64,000 nucleotides of DNA, taken from contig CM102287.1 in the NCBI GenBank assembly GCA_046563655.1, positions 3,782,001 through 3,846,000 of the forward strand. The letters run 5' to 3'. The DNA is from Yuukianura sp. NJ FZ-2021. Lineage: Eukaryota. Every line of letters begins with the position of its first letter. Position 1 is the stretch's first letter. Shown in pieces: positions 13,245 to 27,003 of this stretch. The translations under genes and the position numbers were made by a program. The notes below the pieces were generated by a model that was not told the DNA's origin, did no database searches, and was given only the letters and a program-made list of their open reading frames with translations.

Positions 13245-15383
13245 GTGAAAGTGCTATATAAAGTGAAAGTTAATAAAGAAAGCAAAAGCTAATAGAGAAA
13301 TCCCCACAACCAATTTTCTCTCAAATGGAATCGTGAGATTAGTTGGTTCCTTTTTTCGGAAGGAAGTTTCAAAATTGCCAAAAATTTTATCACCTTTGAC
13401 CCAGACGAAGGGCAGAAGGAGAAAGGAAAGAACTTTCCTAATTTTCCAATCCATTTCACAATGATTTTTGGTGGAAGTGATGACTTTCTCCAAAGAAAAT
13501 TTTCCAGAATTTAGTTTCTCCCGCGAACACGATCATCCTGATACTTTTGAAATTGTTCCGTTCAAAATGCATGAACATGCTCAGCGGGAAAAACATAACA
13601 CGACTTTTAATGTTCCTTTTTCGTGTCTGTTTTGAAGATATGGATTTAATGGATTTGTTTACCCTACCAAAAGGAAACAAATTTTCACCAACTTTCACCC
13701 TCCCCTTACATTCATGTTTTCATGTTTCAAAATTTAAAAAAAAATTGTATCTTTTGAAATTTTATTTCGTATTTTCATGATTCTGAAGTGCGCACGGAGT
13801 GTAAATACTGCAACTGTGAAGTGAAAGTAAAATTTTGGTACTCAACTTAATCGAAAGTTTTGAGTGGCGGAAAGCCGGCTTTTTCATCAGAATTTCGGAT
13901 TCCTGATTTTTGTCTGCGACAACAGACTGTGCGATGTGTTTTTTCCGCGGAAAAATGTTGAGGAAGAAAAAAAAATGAAGAAAGCGTTTTAAAATTGGCC
14001 TGTTTTTGTAATGAGGGTCAACTTCACCAACTTTTTTATTTTGAAAAACTTTGTTTTAAATTTTTTGAGTTTTTTAATTTAGAAAAACATGTTTGGAGTG
14101 GAATGTGGTGATTGGGAGGCAGTTGAGGTCTCGTTTGAAGTGAGTGGTGTTGGTTGTTGTGTGGATAATGGAACAAGATCACTTACCGACAGACACGAGT
14201 GAAGAAGAGGGGGACTTAAGGGACCTCACACGAAGACACTCACACAAAAAACACACAAAAGTCAAGATGTGGCTTTAAGAAGACACTCATTTGTCAGGCA
14301 CTGTGACACTAATGCTGCTGCGCACCGCTCAAGAGGCGCCCTTCATCCGCACCCCAGCGGTCCTTAAGGGCTCCCGCTCCAAAATTATTAGTTTAAACAC
14401 TCCCATATTCACTTTCAAGCACTTAAACGTCAAAATTTTAGTCAAATTTTTCGCACTTTACTAGGCGAAACGCCGCCACAACTTTTCTGGAATATTCATC
14501 ACCTAAATTTTTCTTTGAACTTCAGTTCTGCATTGCGGACAAGCTCAAATTTTAAAAATTTCCAAAAAATTTTTTCGAATTTTCGTTTTCAAAGGTCAGT
14601 GACATGCAAATGTGATTCAGGTCAATGACCTTTGGACCTCCCCCCGTTTCTCAGAACTGTCTACACTATTTATCACTTTTTCTTTTTCTGTGACCTGTCA
14701 CCCCAGCTTTTTTTTTAATTGCTCTTTCCGGGGCTCGTGCCTTTCTCTTTCTCTCCGTGGAATGTTTCATAATGCTCCGAATTCTTAAATTACCCGGGTA
14801 GCTTAGAGTCCCGGGTTTTCAGTGGCTTAATTAGGTGTCATGTTCTCCCTCTGTCTACCATTGAACTCCAATTAGTTCCACTCTTTCTCCTCACACCATC
14901 CCAAAAACAAACACAAAGTGAAAATGAATCCCACTTTATTTGACACTTCCACAACACAATGACAGTAATTGTACTTTTTCTCTTCTTTTCAAACTCTGTT
15001 CTAAATTTTAATTTTCTAAACACTCTTTCAACTAATTGTTTAAGAAAAACGAAAGGGTGAGGAGAACAATAAAAAAAATGGGGATGGGTTAGGAACTAAG
15101 CCTTCAGTTTTCTAAACAAAGACAAATTTTTACTCTAATTCTTGACTTTTCAACTCTAAATCGAAACTAAAGCGATTAGGTTAATGTTAGCTTACGATTT
15201 TTTAAGATAAGCAATTAATAGTTTAGTTAACTATAACATTGTGTTAAGTATGATTAAAGTTAACTAAGATTAGGTTTTAGGTGAGGCGTTGATGGAGCCT
15301 TTTGGTAGTGATTTTAATACTGTTCGAATTTGATTTCGGTGGGACTGGAAAAAAATTGCATTTTTTGAAAATTTTCGAATTTT

Positions 15384-18300
15384 TCAATCCGAGTCTTCGT
15401 CGTCGTCATCTCCGCAGCCACGAGATTGAATTGTAGAGTGGTTATAGAGTCCTAAGACAAAAAATCTTAATTAGTTTTAATTAATTAAATGTAAAACTAA
15501 TTACAATTAAAACTAATTGTAATTAAAATTAATTGTTAAATAAATTATGTTGTAAGGCCTTGCTTCTTGGGAAATGTTAAACAATTTCTCAACTAGTCAA
15601 GAAATTTGAGATGATGCATTTAAATTTTGTAAATTTTAGCAACTAACTTTTACCTTGTGCACGCAGTTGCTCCGCCAGTCTTCCGCGTTGACCGGATGAC
15701 TTTTTTAACTTGGCCCGCTTGTTCTAAAAATTTAAAACAAACGCAAAATTTCAAATTTTTGAAGATTCGAATTTAAATTTCAACTACATTTCATTCGTAC
15801 ATCGCATTCGTTTCATTTTGATGATTTCAAAAGTAAGAAATTTCGAAATTATTGACATTTGACCGAATTTTCTTTCCGTCAATCACTTTGGCTCTTCAAT
15901 CATTCTGTTTCTGACACCAAAATAATTTTTGATGCCAACAAACCAAACTTTTCTGTCCTGTTTTTTCTTTAAACTTTGTGTAAAATTGTCTTATTTTCTC
16001 AAACAATGTGTCATGATTGGTTAAATTATTTGAGAAGTTGTGAAACCACAAATTGGGCTCATTTTCACCTCAAAAGCAGAACACACAGCAACAAAACCAA
16101 GCCCATCTTTATTCTTCTACCGTTCAAACTTTGCCGCTTGAAAGGAAGACAAGCACGAAGACAATATAAAATTATTCAAATCATCTTCAATCATCCGAAG
16201 AAGACGCAAACAAAACATAATGCTTTGATCTTTGTGGAATTTGATACAAAAAATCAATAGACTGCGAAAAAGGTTGCAAAAAACAACAAAAGGGCAAAAA
16301 GTTTTGCAAAAAGGAGATTTTTTGTTCACAAAGTTAAGTTCAAAGAAAGGAAGTTAGGGCTGCACCCACAGGAGAACTTTATAATTCGCAAATTGCAAAT
16401 TCTTTGAACTCATTTGCATAATTTTCGCACGCAAAAGAGGAATGACTCAATTACTGTATTACTGTAGGTTTTAATGCAATTATGGTTCAGCAGGATGCAT
16501 AAAATTGCAGGAAGGAAAAAATTTAAACACAAAATTCCTGTAGGAAGTGAACTTTAAAATTGTAATTTTTGTTAATTTTATGGGAAAAATGAAGTGAGAA
16601 AAAAAGTAAAATTGGTGTTGTAATTATGTAATTAGGGTTAAGCAATTACTTGGGTAATTACGTTTAAAAGTAATTAGTTAATTACTTTTACGAAGGTGCT
16701 AATTACTCTATTGAATATAATTACTTTAGAAGAAAAAGAAGTAGAGTTGAGAAAAGATGCAGCTACTGTATTGTAAAAGTGTTAAGATGAACTACTTTTA
16801 AGTAATTAAGTAATTACTTTTTGAATGTTAATTACTTAATTGTAATTAGCTCACCTGAAACCATATTTTGATTTGGTTTTCGTGGAGTTGCAGATCATTG
16901 GCCAAATCCTGCCGTCTTTTTTCTGTTAAATATTTGTTTTGCTCAAATTCCGTTTTGAGGCGGGAGAGTTGGTCGGCGGTGAAAGCAGTTCTGGGCCGCT
17001 TTTCATCCACTTCTTTCTCCTTCTGCTTACGAGTACGCCTAGCCCTTGGACCTAAAATTCATCAACACATTTTACCTCAACAGATCAAAAGATACACAAA
17101 CTTTAATCAACTCGTGAGGAAACTGTTAAAAAAAGTTTTGTTAATTACTCAATTTATTACACTCGTTTCTTTTGCATCTCTGTCAGAAAGTGATCTGTGT
17201 CGAATTTGCGTAAATGCTTTCTCCCCTTTCTCTTTGGAATTGGATCATCTTCATCACAGATCACATTTCATGTTAACTCAAATTTCAATCAACCGAGGTC
17301 ATGTCAGTCATTCAAAATTTAAAACGTCCCGCTCAAGTACAATAATGTTTGTTTAACACTTTCACCCCCAGAAGGGGTGAGAATCTGAAAAGAATTTAAT
17401 AAAAACAACCCTCTCTTTCTTCCCTCTCAAAAATTCGCTGTCTGAAGTGTGAAATTTTGGAAAAAGGGGGGAAACAATTCGAAAACGAAAAAAGAATGGA
17501 ATTCGAGTTCTGTTTGAGTTTTCAAAACAAATTGTGAATTTTGAGATATTTGAAATTTTGAAAATTGATATTTCAGTTTGACCTTATGATATTTCAGTCA
17601 GAACTACGCTTAAATGCAAGTTTACCTATGCCAATAACTGTGTTTTTGTTTAACGGCATTGAATTGTGACAATTTGAAATCAGATTTTGGCTCGATTTTG
17701 TTGAAAATTTGTGCAAATTGTTTCTTTGTTGGTCATACTTGTTGACTTTTCGTGTCAACTTTTTGTGTTGTAAAAAAAAAAGAAGACAAAAGTTGGCTGC
17801 TCTTTTGTCGTGTTCATTTGTCATTTTTTGTAAAATTTTGAAGGACTCAGCAATGTCATCAGTCATCCGGTTTCCGTTTTACAAGGGAGTTTGAGTGACA
17901 AATGATTTGAACTGAGAAGAGTAATTTGTTCATTGTCTTGTCACTAACTTTTCAGTTAATTCCAATCATCATAAGTCACCTTAACTTAACAGTTAAGTCA
18001 ACCTCCATGCATCACTTCCCATCATCATCATCATACTCACTATCATCATCATCATACTCACAAAGGCAGCATGCAAAAGACACATCAAGGAAATATCTGT
18101 CAACTCAATTGTCTTTCTCTCCTTCAAGTGACAATCACTACTCAAAAAAAAACTTGCTCAAAATGAAAATTATCCAAAAAATTTTGCCCTGAATTCTAAA
18201 TTTGTGTAGCGTTTCAGAAATGAAACAAGATTAATTTTGATTCCTATTTGAATTTTAGTGTTAGAATTTCTTGTAAAAAGTTTTTGGTAAACGTCAATTT

Positions 18301-21300
18301 AAAATTTTCCAAGATATGTTTGAGGCAACTTTCTCCGGTTTTATTAGCTTCCATCTCTGTTTGAATAGTGTTAGTTTTTCCTTTTTTTTTAAAGTTATTA
18401 GTATTAGTGAGGCCCGGGTTTTTGGCGGGTTTTAGCTTTCAAAAACCCGGGTTTTGTGTTTTGGCGGTAGTATTTGCTTGGAAGTGGGTGTGTTTAATTA
18501 ATGGTTTTAAGAAAATGGTGAATTATGAATGAGTGTTATAACCCCTCCTTTCCCTGGTGTGTAATTTCCTCTGGCACTGCAGAAACTCTGTAATTGAAAT
18601 ATGGAACACTCCGTGGCAGAGGGAGTAACTAACTATTAAATTTTAACCCCTTTTTTCTTCTGTGCAGAAATTAATTGTTATTTGACCAAAACCTAATCTA
18701 AAACTAAGTTAAACCTAACAACCTAACTTCCAATTGATTAAGATTAACGGTTTACTCTCAACCAAAAGTAGATCAAATCCAATCCCGACCACGCCCAACC
18801 TTACGCACGAACTTTGACAAAAAATGAACGCAAAGCTTCCTGCCAAAAATTTTGCTTCCCGTTACATTTCAAGGTTTTTGATTCAAAATTCAAAAACTAA
18901 AAAAAAACATCCTCAAAAAATAATTTTCAAATAAAATCCTGTCACTTTGATGCATGTTTTGTGACATGGATGAAGTGTAATGTTAAGGGTCCCTTTGTCC
19001 CTTAAGGGCACGCCCTATGTTACCTTGTTTGGGGTCTAATTTGTTTCAATTAGATTTCGAAAGGACTTCAGAGCAACTTTGTTTTACTTACTTCTTCCTG
19101 GAATCAACAGAACAAAAAACACAACATCAAAATTCATTACAAATTCAGGGTCTTAATTACTACAAGTTAATTAACACTTTTAATTAATTAACTTATTAAA
19201 ATTAAAAGCTGAGGGAACCAGAATCTAAGAAAACTTAAAAAGATTGAATTCACCCCACAACTTTTTGTGTTCGGCGTGGAAATTTATAGCACTTTCACTT
19301 TGTTTCAAAAATTTGCTTTCACCATTCACAACTTGACTTGCAACATCCATTTTTTTTCTAGCAGGTCACATTGACCTTTCATGTCATTGACCTTTCATGA
19401 GGTCATTGACCTTTGTCCAGCGGAGGTCAATGACCTTACACCTTCAGCACTAAACAGAAGCTGGCAGAAGGTGTTTTGCAGAAGAGTTGTGCTGGCGATT
19501 GGGCTAATTAAGTTGAGTTAGGATGTTCTTTGTAGGTGGCAACTTTATAATTACTTGTTCTTCCGTGCCTTTTGGACATACATGGCACTTCTACAGCATG
19601 TTCAACTTTTTTAAAGCAAGAATTTTAAAAAAAGTTGTTTTGCCATTTAAAACAAGGATTGGGTTGCAGACGGACCACGCTGTACAAAATATTAACATGA
19701 AAACGGCAGATGATACTCTTGAGGAAGTGTAAAAACAGGAACAATTTATTCAACAAAAGTTGTTAAGGTTGGTATCTAATCTTAAGTGTTGAAATTAATG
19801 GAGAAACAGTAATAATTATTTATAATATATTATAATACATTACAAATAATTGTCGAAGAATAACTTATTAATTGAATATCACTTCTGATTCAATTGGAAA
19901 TGGCTCTGAGGCTACTGCAGTCTAAAGAAAAAAAGTAAATGAAGATCTCTTCTTATCTGTTGCATCTCCAGCAACAGGTTTTTAGTAAAGTCATAAAAAA
20001 GTTGATCTTTTAGCAAATTCTTGTTCAATTAAAAGATTAACGGCACGAAAAAAGTTGAAACTGAAATTGATAACTCAAGTAGGAAAAAATTCAAAATTGA
20101 ATTTCAAGCCTTTTTAAAAGTACAAAACTAATTTTTCTCTATTAAAATTTTATTGTCTCGTTTTTAGTTTTTATTTTGTGTTTGAATCCTCCGGTTTCAA
20201 AATTTTTTCTAAAGTTTAAGTAAGAAGTGAATCATTTGGTAAGGTAGCGCGTTTCTTTGCAGGCAGAATTTTGATCTTTGCGAATTCTGAATTTCAATTT
20301 TGTAAATTTTAAATCTTTCATTTCCATAGTTTGGAATTTTTGAATTTTGCATGAATTTTAGTTTTTGCAGTGACGAAACACCATTCAAAAATGGCACTGT
20401 TTCTTCTGAGAGCAAACTTTTCCAAATCTGAACTAGTTAATTAACATCTGACTCTTAGAACGTGGAGATTATGGAGTTATTCACTTATTCAGCCCATAAT
20501 TTTTGAAATGGAAGTTTGAATTTCGAAATTTTATGAGGTTTTCAAAAACTATTCAGTTTGTAAAGTGATGTTTGAGGTTTTTCAATATTTTGACAAGGCA
20601 GAAAAAGGGAGAGCAGACAACAATTGAACAAACGCTACTGCTTGAGTGGCCCATTTGAAACCCGCTGCTGCAACTCCAATTTTTTTTTTCAAAATCTTGT
20701 TTTTTTTTTTTCGTTTTCTAAAAAAAAATTTTTTTTGAGTTTGTGCCTCAACAATTGTACCACAAACCGAAATTTTAAACTTGATTCCACAATTGAGAAA
20801 AATTAGAAGAAAATTTAAAAATCTCGTAGACTTTTATTTCAGTCTAACCCTTAACTTTGTCATGTTTCGTTAAAATCTGCGTGTTTCGTTCTCGTTTTTG
20901 CAGATTTCAAAGAGGAAATGCTGTCAGTGTGCTAAAAGTGAGCCCTTCATGGAGTACCCTCTTTGACTGTTGACTTTGTGGGCCCTTAAGGGTCTTGAGC
21001 TGACAATTATGAATGAGAGTGTATGTTATTGTGACGTGCATGGAATGTCTCTATTAAGTTTAAGCCACACAAGTGGAAATGGTTGCGGTTTGACGGGTTT
21101 CGGACAGCCGGACTCCTGGACCCCACCTGAACACATCCACCTTCCAACATCATCCACTTCCTCTCCCTACAACTTACAAAACGCACTTCAAAATGTCATA
21201 ATATGCACTAAAAACTGCACAAACACAAAAATATGCATAAGTTTCTGCTCAATTTAAGCACAAAAGTGACAAAAGTTGCACAAAAACCGGCAAAAAGTGC

Positions 21301-24300
21301 TCAAGAACCAAAATATTCCTAAATTAATCCAATTATTCGGTTTGGAATTTCGAAATCTAAGCAAAGTGCTAAAATGTGTACAAAAATTCGTGCGAATTTT
21401 AGCACATCGTCGAAAGTTCGCAAGCACAATCAACATGCGAAGCTTACAAAATTTATAAAATTTGCACAAAACTTTATTCCAACTATCAAAACATGGACAA
21501 AATCCACGAGTTGTCAAAAAACTTTTCAAAATGGCACAAAAATTTGTTAGTACTTCAGCAAGATTTGGAAAAAATCTCTCCCAAGGTTTTCAATTTTGAA
21601 AAAAAAAATTTAACGAAAAACGGAGAAATGTGGAGCAGAAAAGCTGAGGTTTCAATTTCAAAAACTGGTTTTTATTTGAGCAAATTGAATCATATGTAAT
21701 TGATCTTTTGTTGTTATATAGAAAACCTCGGTGGCTCAAAAAGTTGTGTAGTTAATTGAATAATTTCGTTTTGTGTAAAAATTCATTTGAAGTAATTTTT
21801 CCTTCTGAAAGTTGAATTGGTCATTTGGAATGAAAAGAAGAAAGGTCATTCAACGAGGTCATAAATCATGTGGATCTGACAGTCCCCGTCCCAACTCCAC
21901 TTCTTTTGTCATCTCTCCACAAAACCTAATGCACGTTTCTCATTCCTCAATTCATTTTCAAACATTTTGCAAAAATCTCGTTTTTTCAAAAGCTCCTTCC
22001 AAACGAGAGTTGAATTTTTAATTTTTTGAAAAAGTTGGTTTAAAATTTGCCCTCAAGCAGAGACACGTTCTGGATGATGTTCTACTTTGGAGGTGAAGGA
22101 ACTCTGCTGTTGCAGTCAGGAGCCCTTTAATCACCGACTGAGCCCTTGAAGGGCCCTTCAACCCCTTCAAAACATCTCAATCCTCAAGATCAACCTAACT
22201 TAAGTTAGTCTAATGCATGAAATAATCTAACAGACCCTTCAAGTACCCCCATGTCAATACAGGATTTATCCCTAAAGGACGCGGATGCAACTGCAAATAA
22301 GCGAAGTTAGCTAAATTATGAATGATTTTTTGCTGAGTGACGCAAAAATCATGAAAATTCGGTGTTTTTGCAACAAATTTTTGGCGAAATGTTTTGGATA
22401 AAATTTTGAAAAAATTTGCAATTTTTTTTGTGTTGTGGTTGTATTAATTAGAGTGTAGAATTTGTTGTAAAAAGTTGAAGTGGATTGGGAGTGTGTTAGT
22501 GTGTGTGTGGTCCTTTTGGACAAGAACTTCATCCAAGGCTAATAGTTACTCCCTCCGTTTTCCTAATGATTCACCGACTCCATCTCAACCCTCACCGACT
22601 TCATCAATAATCACTCCAACCTCAACAGTTTCAATTTCAAAAAATTTTGGTTCAAATTTCAAAATTTCGAAAACAATAACTTCCAAAAAACACTCAACAA
22701 TTTTACGTTGGAAGACAGGAGCGGACGACGGCCAAATCTAAGTCAGCAAATTATACGCAAACATTTGATGGTTTTTTGTCAAATGACGCTCAAGTTCTAC
22801 AAAATTTGAAAAAGTTGAGTTTTATTTTTGAATTTCAATTTAAAAAAGTCTTTTTTTTTAACTTAAAATGTTCATTGTTTTGAATTTTTTAAGTTTTAAA
22901 TTGAGACTTGTTTGAAATTTGAAATTACAGTGGAGTGTCTTCGCATGCCTCAATTCCTCCAAACTCCAAAGTCCCATTATCATTATTTTCCCACTGTCCA
23001 TGTCCCTGGAGTCTTCCATCTGGTCCCTTAAGGGCCCTGTTAGGCTAAGGGTACATCAGGTTAAGTTAAGGGTACACTGGATTCCCTTAAGGGCCCTCTG
23101 AGATGACACAAGAAGTTCCTCCAAGTGAGAGAAGTTCGTAAGTGATTGTATAATGAATGGAATCTGATCCAATTAAAAGGTGTAGCAGAGATCAGCATCT
23201 TCGGAGATCGTGATGGAATCAAGACTTTACTTCTGGGTCACATGACCTTGTTCCAAATTTAAAAAAAAAGTTTTCAAAATTTCTGTTTTTTGAAAATAGT
23301 ACCATGACTAAAAGAGTGATGAGTCAGAGATTGAAGGGGAGCAAATCCATGATGGAAGGTGAGAGTTAGTGTGAAGTGTGAAGAGAAATCAATGAAAGGT
23401 GAAAGCAGAGAGAAAACACTTTTCATGCTGCGCAGAACCCATGCTCAGTTGATTCAAAAATTTCCAAAATCTGAAATTTTGAGTTTTTTTTTTCATAATT
23501 TTGAGAAGAGCAGATGAAAGTGGATTAATTTTTGGTCTTTTGAATCCACTTCTTTTGAAGTTACAGAACATGACCCCTGGAGTGACCCCACACAAAGGTC
23601 AACTTTCAAAATCCGCAGTGAAGCAAAGGAGCCCTTGATATTCTGTTTGTTCATTTCAAAAATCATTCAATTCGGTGCGTTTTGACCAGAAGATTGAAGT
23701 GATAGGGGAGCCCTTAATCCCCAAGTCCCTATCTCTCTCAACATCAAAAAGTAACAATAAAGTCCACGGTTAGGTTATGTTTAGGGACTGAGGGCCGCTT
23801 GACTCTGCCCTTTCAAGGGCTCCTTTCCAAAAATGAACAATTTTTAAATCAACTCAACTTTCGCAACAATGATTTCCTTCAAAAAAGATCATCTCATGTC
23901 AAAACCTTTTTTAAAAAAACTTTTGAAAAAACGATCACGATGGGGCGCTGCTATACGCATGCGCAATGCCGACTCTCTCATGAATTTTTTGTTCAAACAA
24001 ATCGAAAACGCATTTTTGCTTTTTCAAAAATTTCAAGTTTGAACACTTCGAAGGCTTTATGAATCTACGATTTTTCAAAATTTTCATATTCAAATCGGTA
24101 GATCTTTCGTACGGCGTGAAAATCAGGAAATTCAGTCCCCGAAAATCGATTTAGAAAAAATCGGAATTTCCGATTTCCGAAGTAGGGTTTTCCGATTTTC
24201 CATTGAAAAATTACAGGAATTGATAAAAATCGTGTTCTTGGCGCGATTTTTTTTTGCGAGTTGAACACGATTTTTTGACGAGTTTTGAAATGTTGGCGTT

Positions 24301-27003
24301 TAAAAATTCTTGACGTGGAAAAACAAAAAATGGTCGATGCGTCCCTTTGTAAGCCCTTGATTACATATCCGAAAACACATCTCTCAACCTCTAAGTCCTA
24401 ACTAGGTCTATGTCTTAAAGGTTACGTTAACATAACATTTGAACCTGTGCGGTCGAAGGCATCAAGAGAAAAAGAAGGGGGACCCTTAAGTACCCTCATC
24501 TTTGACAAGCCGCTCAGCAACTCTTCAATCACTTTTGTATAACAAAACACAAGAGATAAGCCTTCAATTCCTTTTTCTCAAAAGTTGACCTTTGACATAT
24601 GTAACATGTAAATTTTAATTTGACCTTTGACATGCAAAACTTCCGGATTGAGTTCAAACTCTCTCAAAAGTTAATAAACTGGTGCGAGTTTTGGAAATTG
24701 AGTTTTTGCATGACTCAATGTCTATGGAAATAATTGGCAGTGGTGGTGGTCTGAATTATAGATCTCTAAATTTGAAACAACACGACGGGAATTATTACTT
24801 AATTTATAGCAACAGCTACACTACTCCGAGTCCAAGTTTTGAATTTTTTAGAACAAGTTTAGAACAAGGTTTTAGAATTTTCAAAATTTCTAGTCCCGGG
24901 TAATCTTGGCTGAGAATCAGAAACCGAAAAGTCTAAATTGAATATTCACTTTACTCAGACTTTCATGAAATGGCGTGTGGGCGTCAAAGTAATTTACTAC
25001 CCTTAATTAAGTCCATTACACTTTCTCCTGCCAAATTTCAAAATTTTAATTACTTTTTCAAAACGCAAATTCAAAATTTTGAAAAATGTTTCTAGTGTAT
25101 GCAGCGACAGGAACTTTGGAGGAAGCTCAGTTTTTTTCTGCACCGCGGCCGCTCTCATTTCATTTTTCTTTTAGAATTTCCCCGGCCCAGTAAAAAAAGT
25201 GACAAAAATTCAGAAGCACGAAGCTCCTTGGCGACACTGTCACCGATGTCGTCGTGTGCTACTGAATTATTCAACGGTCTCTGAAAGGAAAGTGACCGTG
25301 GAAAAGGATGAGACACCGTGGAGTGACACCGTGACGAAACCTAAATCAACTCAAACCGTTGATAGCTACTTCCTCCAACAATGTCTAAAAGGAATTGACT
25401 CCTGCGCCTTTTCGTGCTTCTGCATTTTAGCTTTACTTAATTTCTGTTTTAATTAACAACATTTTGAATTCTACCGCCACCGCCGCGGTGCAACGGTGAC
25501 AAAACAGCGGTGTTTTCAAGTAAAGCTTTCAAAGCAACGCCAATACGGCAAAAAAAAAATTCCCGTTTTTTTTTGAAAATTGGAAAGTTTTAACTTTCTG
25601 AAATTTTTGGTTATCATCTGAATCTGACCGTCGTTTAAAAAGATTCCAAAAATTCGGATCATGTTAGTAAAAATTTACTATATAGTTTCGTCGAGACAAC
25701 TGAATTATATATAGTAATCTTGAATTAAACTTTTGAAAACCTTCACTAAAAATAAATTTCGAAATTTTATGAATTGAAATTTCGATTTTACATTTTAAAA
25801 AAAAAATTTTAGTATGAATTTTTGAATTGACTTACCAGAAGAAGGGCGATCGCTGTAGCGCGTGCAGTAGACCCAAGCGGGCCAGTTCGGTTCGCCGCCA
25901 GCATCGTCTGACCCTACAGGTTTCGTCGTATCGTCACTCCCGTGACCTTTTGACCCCGATTTGACCCCGAGGTCACTTGAGGTCACGGGTGAAGTTGACC
26001 CCTTGCCATCTGCAGACTTCTCTTCATTTGACTTTGTTTTGGAAGTTACACTGCCCGGTAATTGTGGAAATGGCGGAGACCATTGATGGGGAACGCGGCG
26101 GTGGTGGCTCTGTTTCCGGTTGGTGGCTTTTGAGCCCTCATGTGGTGGTGGAGGGCGGGAGAGGTCAATGGGAATGACATGATCTGGTTTGAGCCGTTTC
26201 GGTAAGTGGTGATCTTGATTCGAAGATTCGGTAAATTTCCGTTTCGGTTTCGAAACCGGTATAGGATGGGAGTTATTAAAGTGAAAGTTTAAAGGTGGGG
26301 GTGGTGGTGGGACGGAGCCACTTTGGCTGGGGAGGGGCAACCGCCCGAGGCCAAAGTCCGGACGCAGTATATTTGCAATTGAAAATAGTAATGACGCTTG
26401 ATGGTGACGCTGCTGCTCTTGCTGAAAAGAGTTTCCACCAATCAGGGCATCGCTGAGGCTGCTTAAGGGATTGTAGGGGCCTGGAAGGCCCTTAAATGAA
26501 GCCGAATCTTCAGATGAGTAGTGTCGGTTCCGAGTTCCGGTTTCGGTCGGAGTCGAACTCCGAACGGAATGGGACGAAGACGGAGACGGACTATGACTGG
26601 CCGTTGTCATCGTAACGGTACTCATGGAATCGTCGACGTCAATTTCAGCGTCGGTTTCGTCTGCGTCGTTTTGACTTTGTGTCTCCAATGGACTGCTGAT
26701 GCTGACTCCGCCCCCTTCCTCAGTCGGAATGAAATTGCGAATTCCATGAAGCAGCATTTTGGAACTAAAATTTCCATTACCTGAGTCATTGTACAGAGTC
26801 ATGTCGCTGCGTGACCGTGGTTCGGCGGTGCGTCGACGCAGTGGATCTCTTCGTCCACCCAAACTGACGCTCATGAATGTCGCAAGTGGTTGCGTCGATT
26901 CTAAATTGAGGGAACTCAGAAGTCCGAAGGCGGGAAACTGGAGTTGGAGGGGACGCGGATGTTGAAGCTGCGAAAAAACGCTGAGTGACCCCAGAGGGCT
27001 CAT
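15384..27003 (-). CDS. inv: Engrailed-family homeodomain transcription factor (invected-like paralog with RS microexon), 5 coding exons, ~502 aa
   Basis: Minus-strand exons 27003-25836, 19097-19092 (microexon), 17051-16855, 15723-15654 and 15451-15384 total 1509 nt in frame. Motifs: EH1 [16 protein letters not shown]2 [17 protein letters not shown](RS)PR, homeodomain [60 protein letters not shown]5 [15 protein letters not shown]. The start codon is uncertain because downstream Mets exist. Confidence 0.93.
19092..19097 (-). CDS. inv: 6-nt microexon (GAAGAA) adding Arg-Ser to EH2 of the invected-like gene
   Basis: The minus strand reads ttttttgttctgttgattccag|GAAGAA|gtaagt: a strong acceptor and a perfect donor. 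Exon 1 ends in G and the next exon starts GT CCA, so splicing gives G|GA AGA A|GT CCA = Gly-Arg-Ser-Pro, the invected PSSGRSPR motif. Confidence 0.9.

Noticed and set aside
16868..17356. 162-aa plus-strand ORF and other antisense or alternate-frame ORFs over en, inv, tubulin, GPATCH4 and MNS1 exons
   Set aside because: These are shadows of real exons on the opposite strand or in another frame.
22548..22559. TACTCCCTCCGT resembles a Stowaway/mariner-type TIR
   Set aside because: There is no nearby inverted partner. The shared sequence extends outward (TAGT) rather than inward, so it is treated as a dispersed motif.
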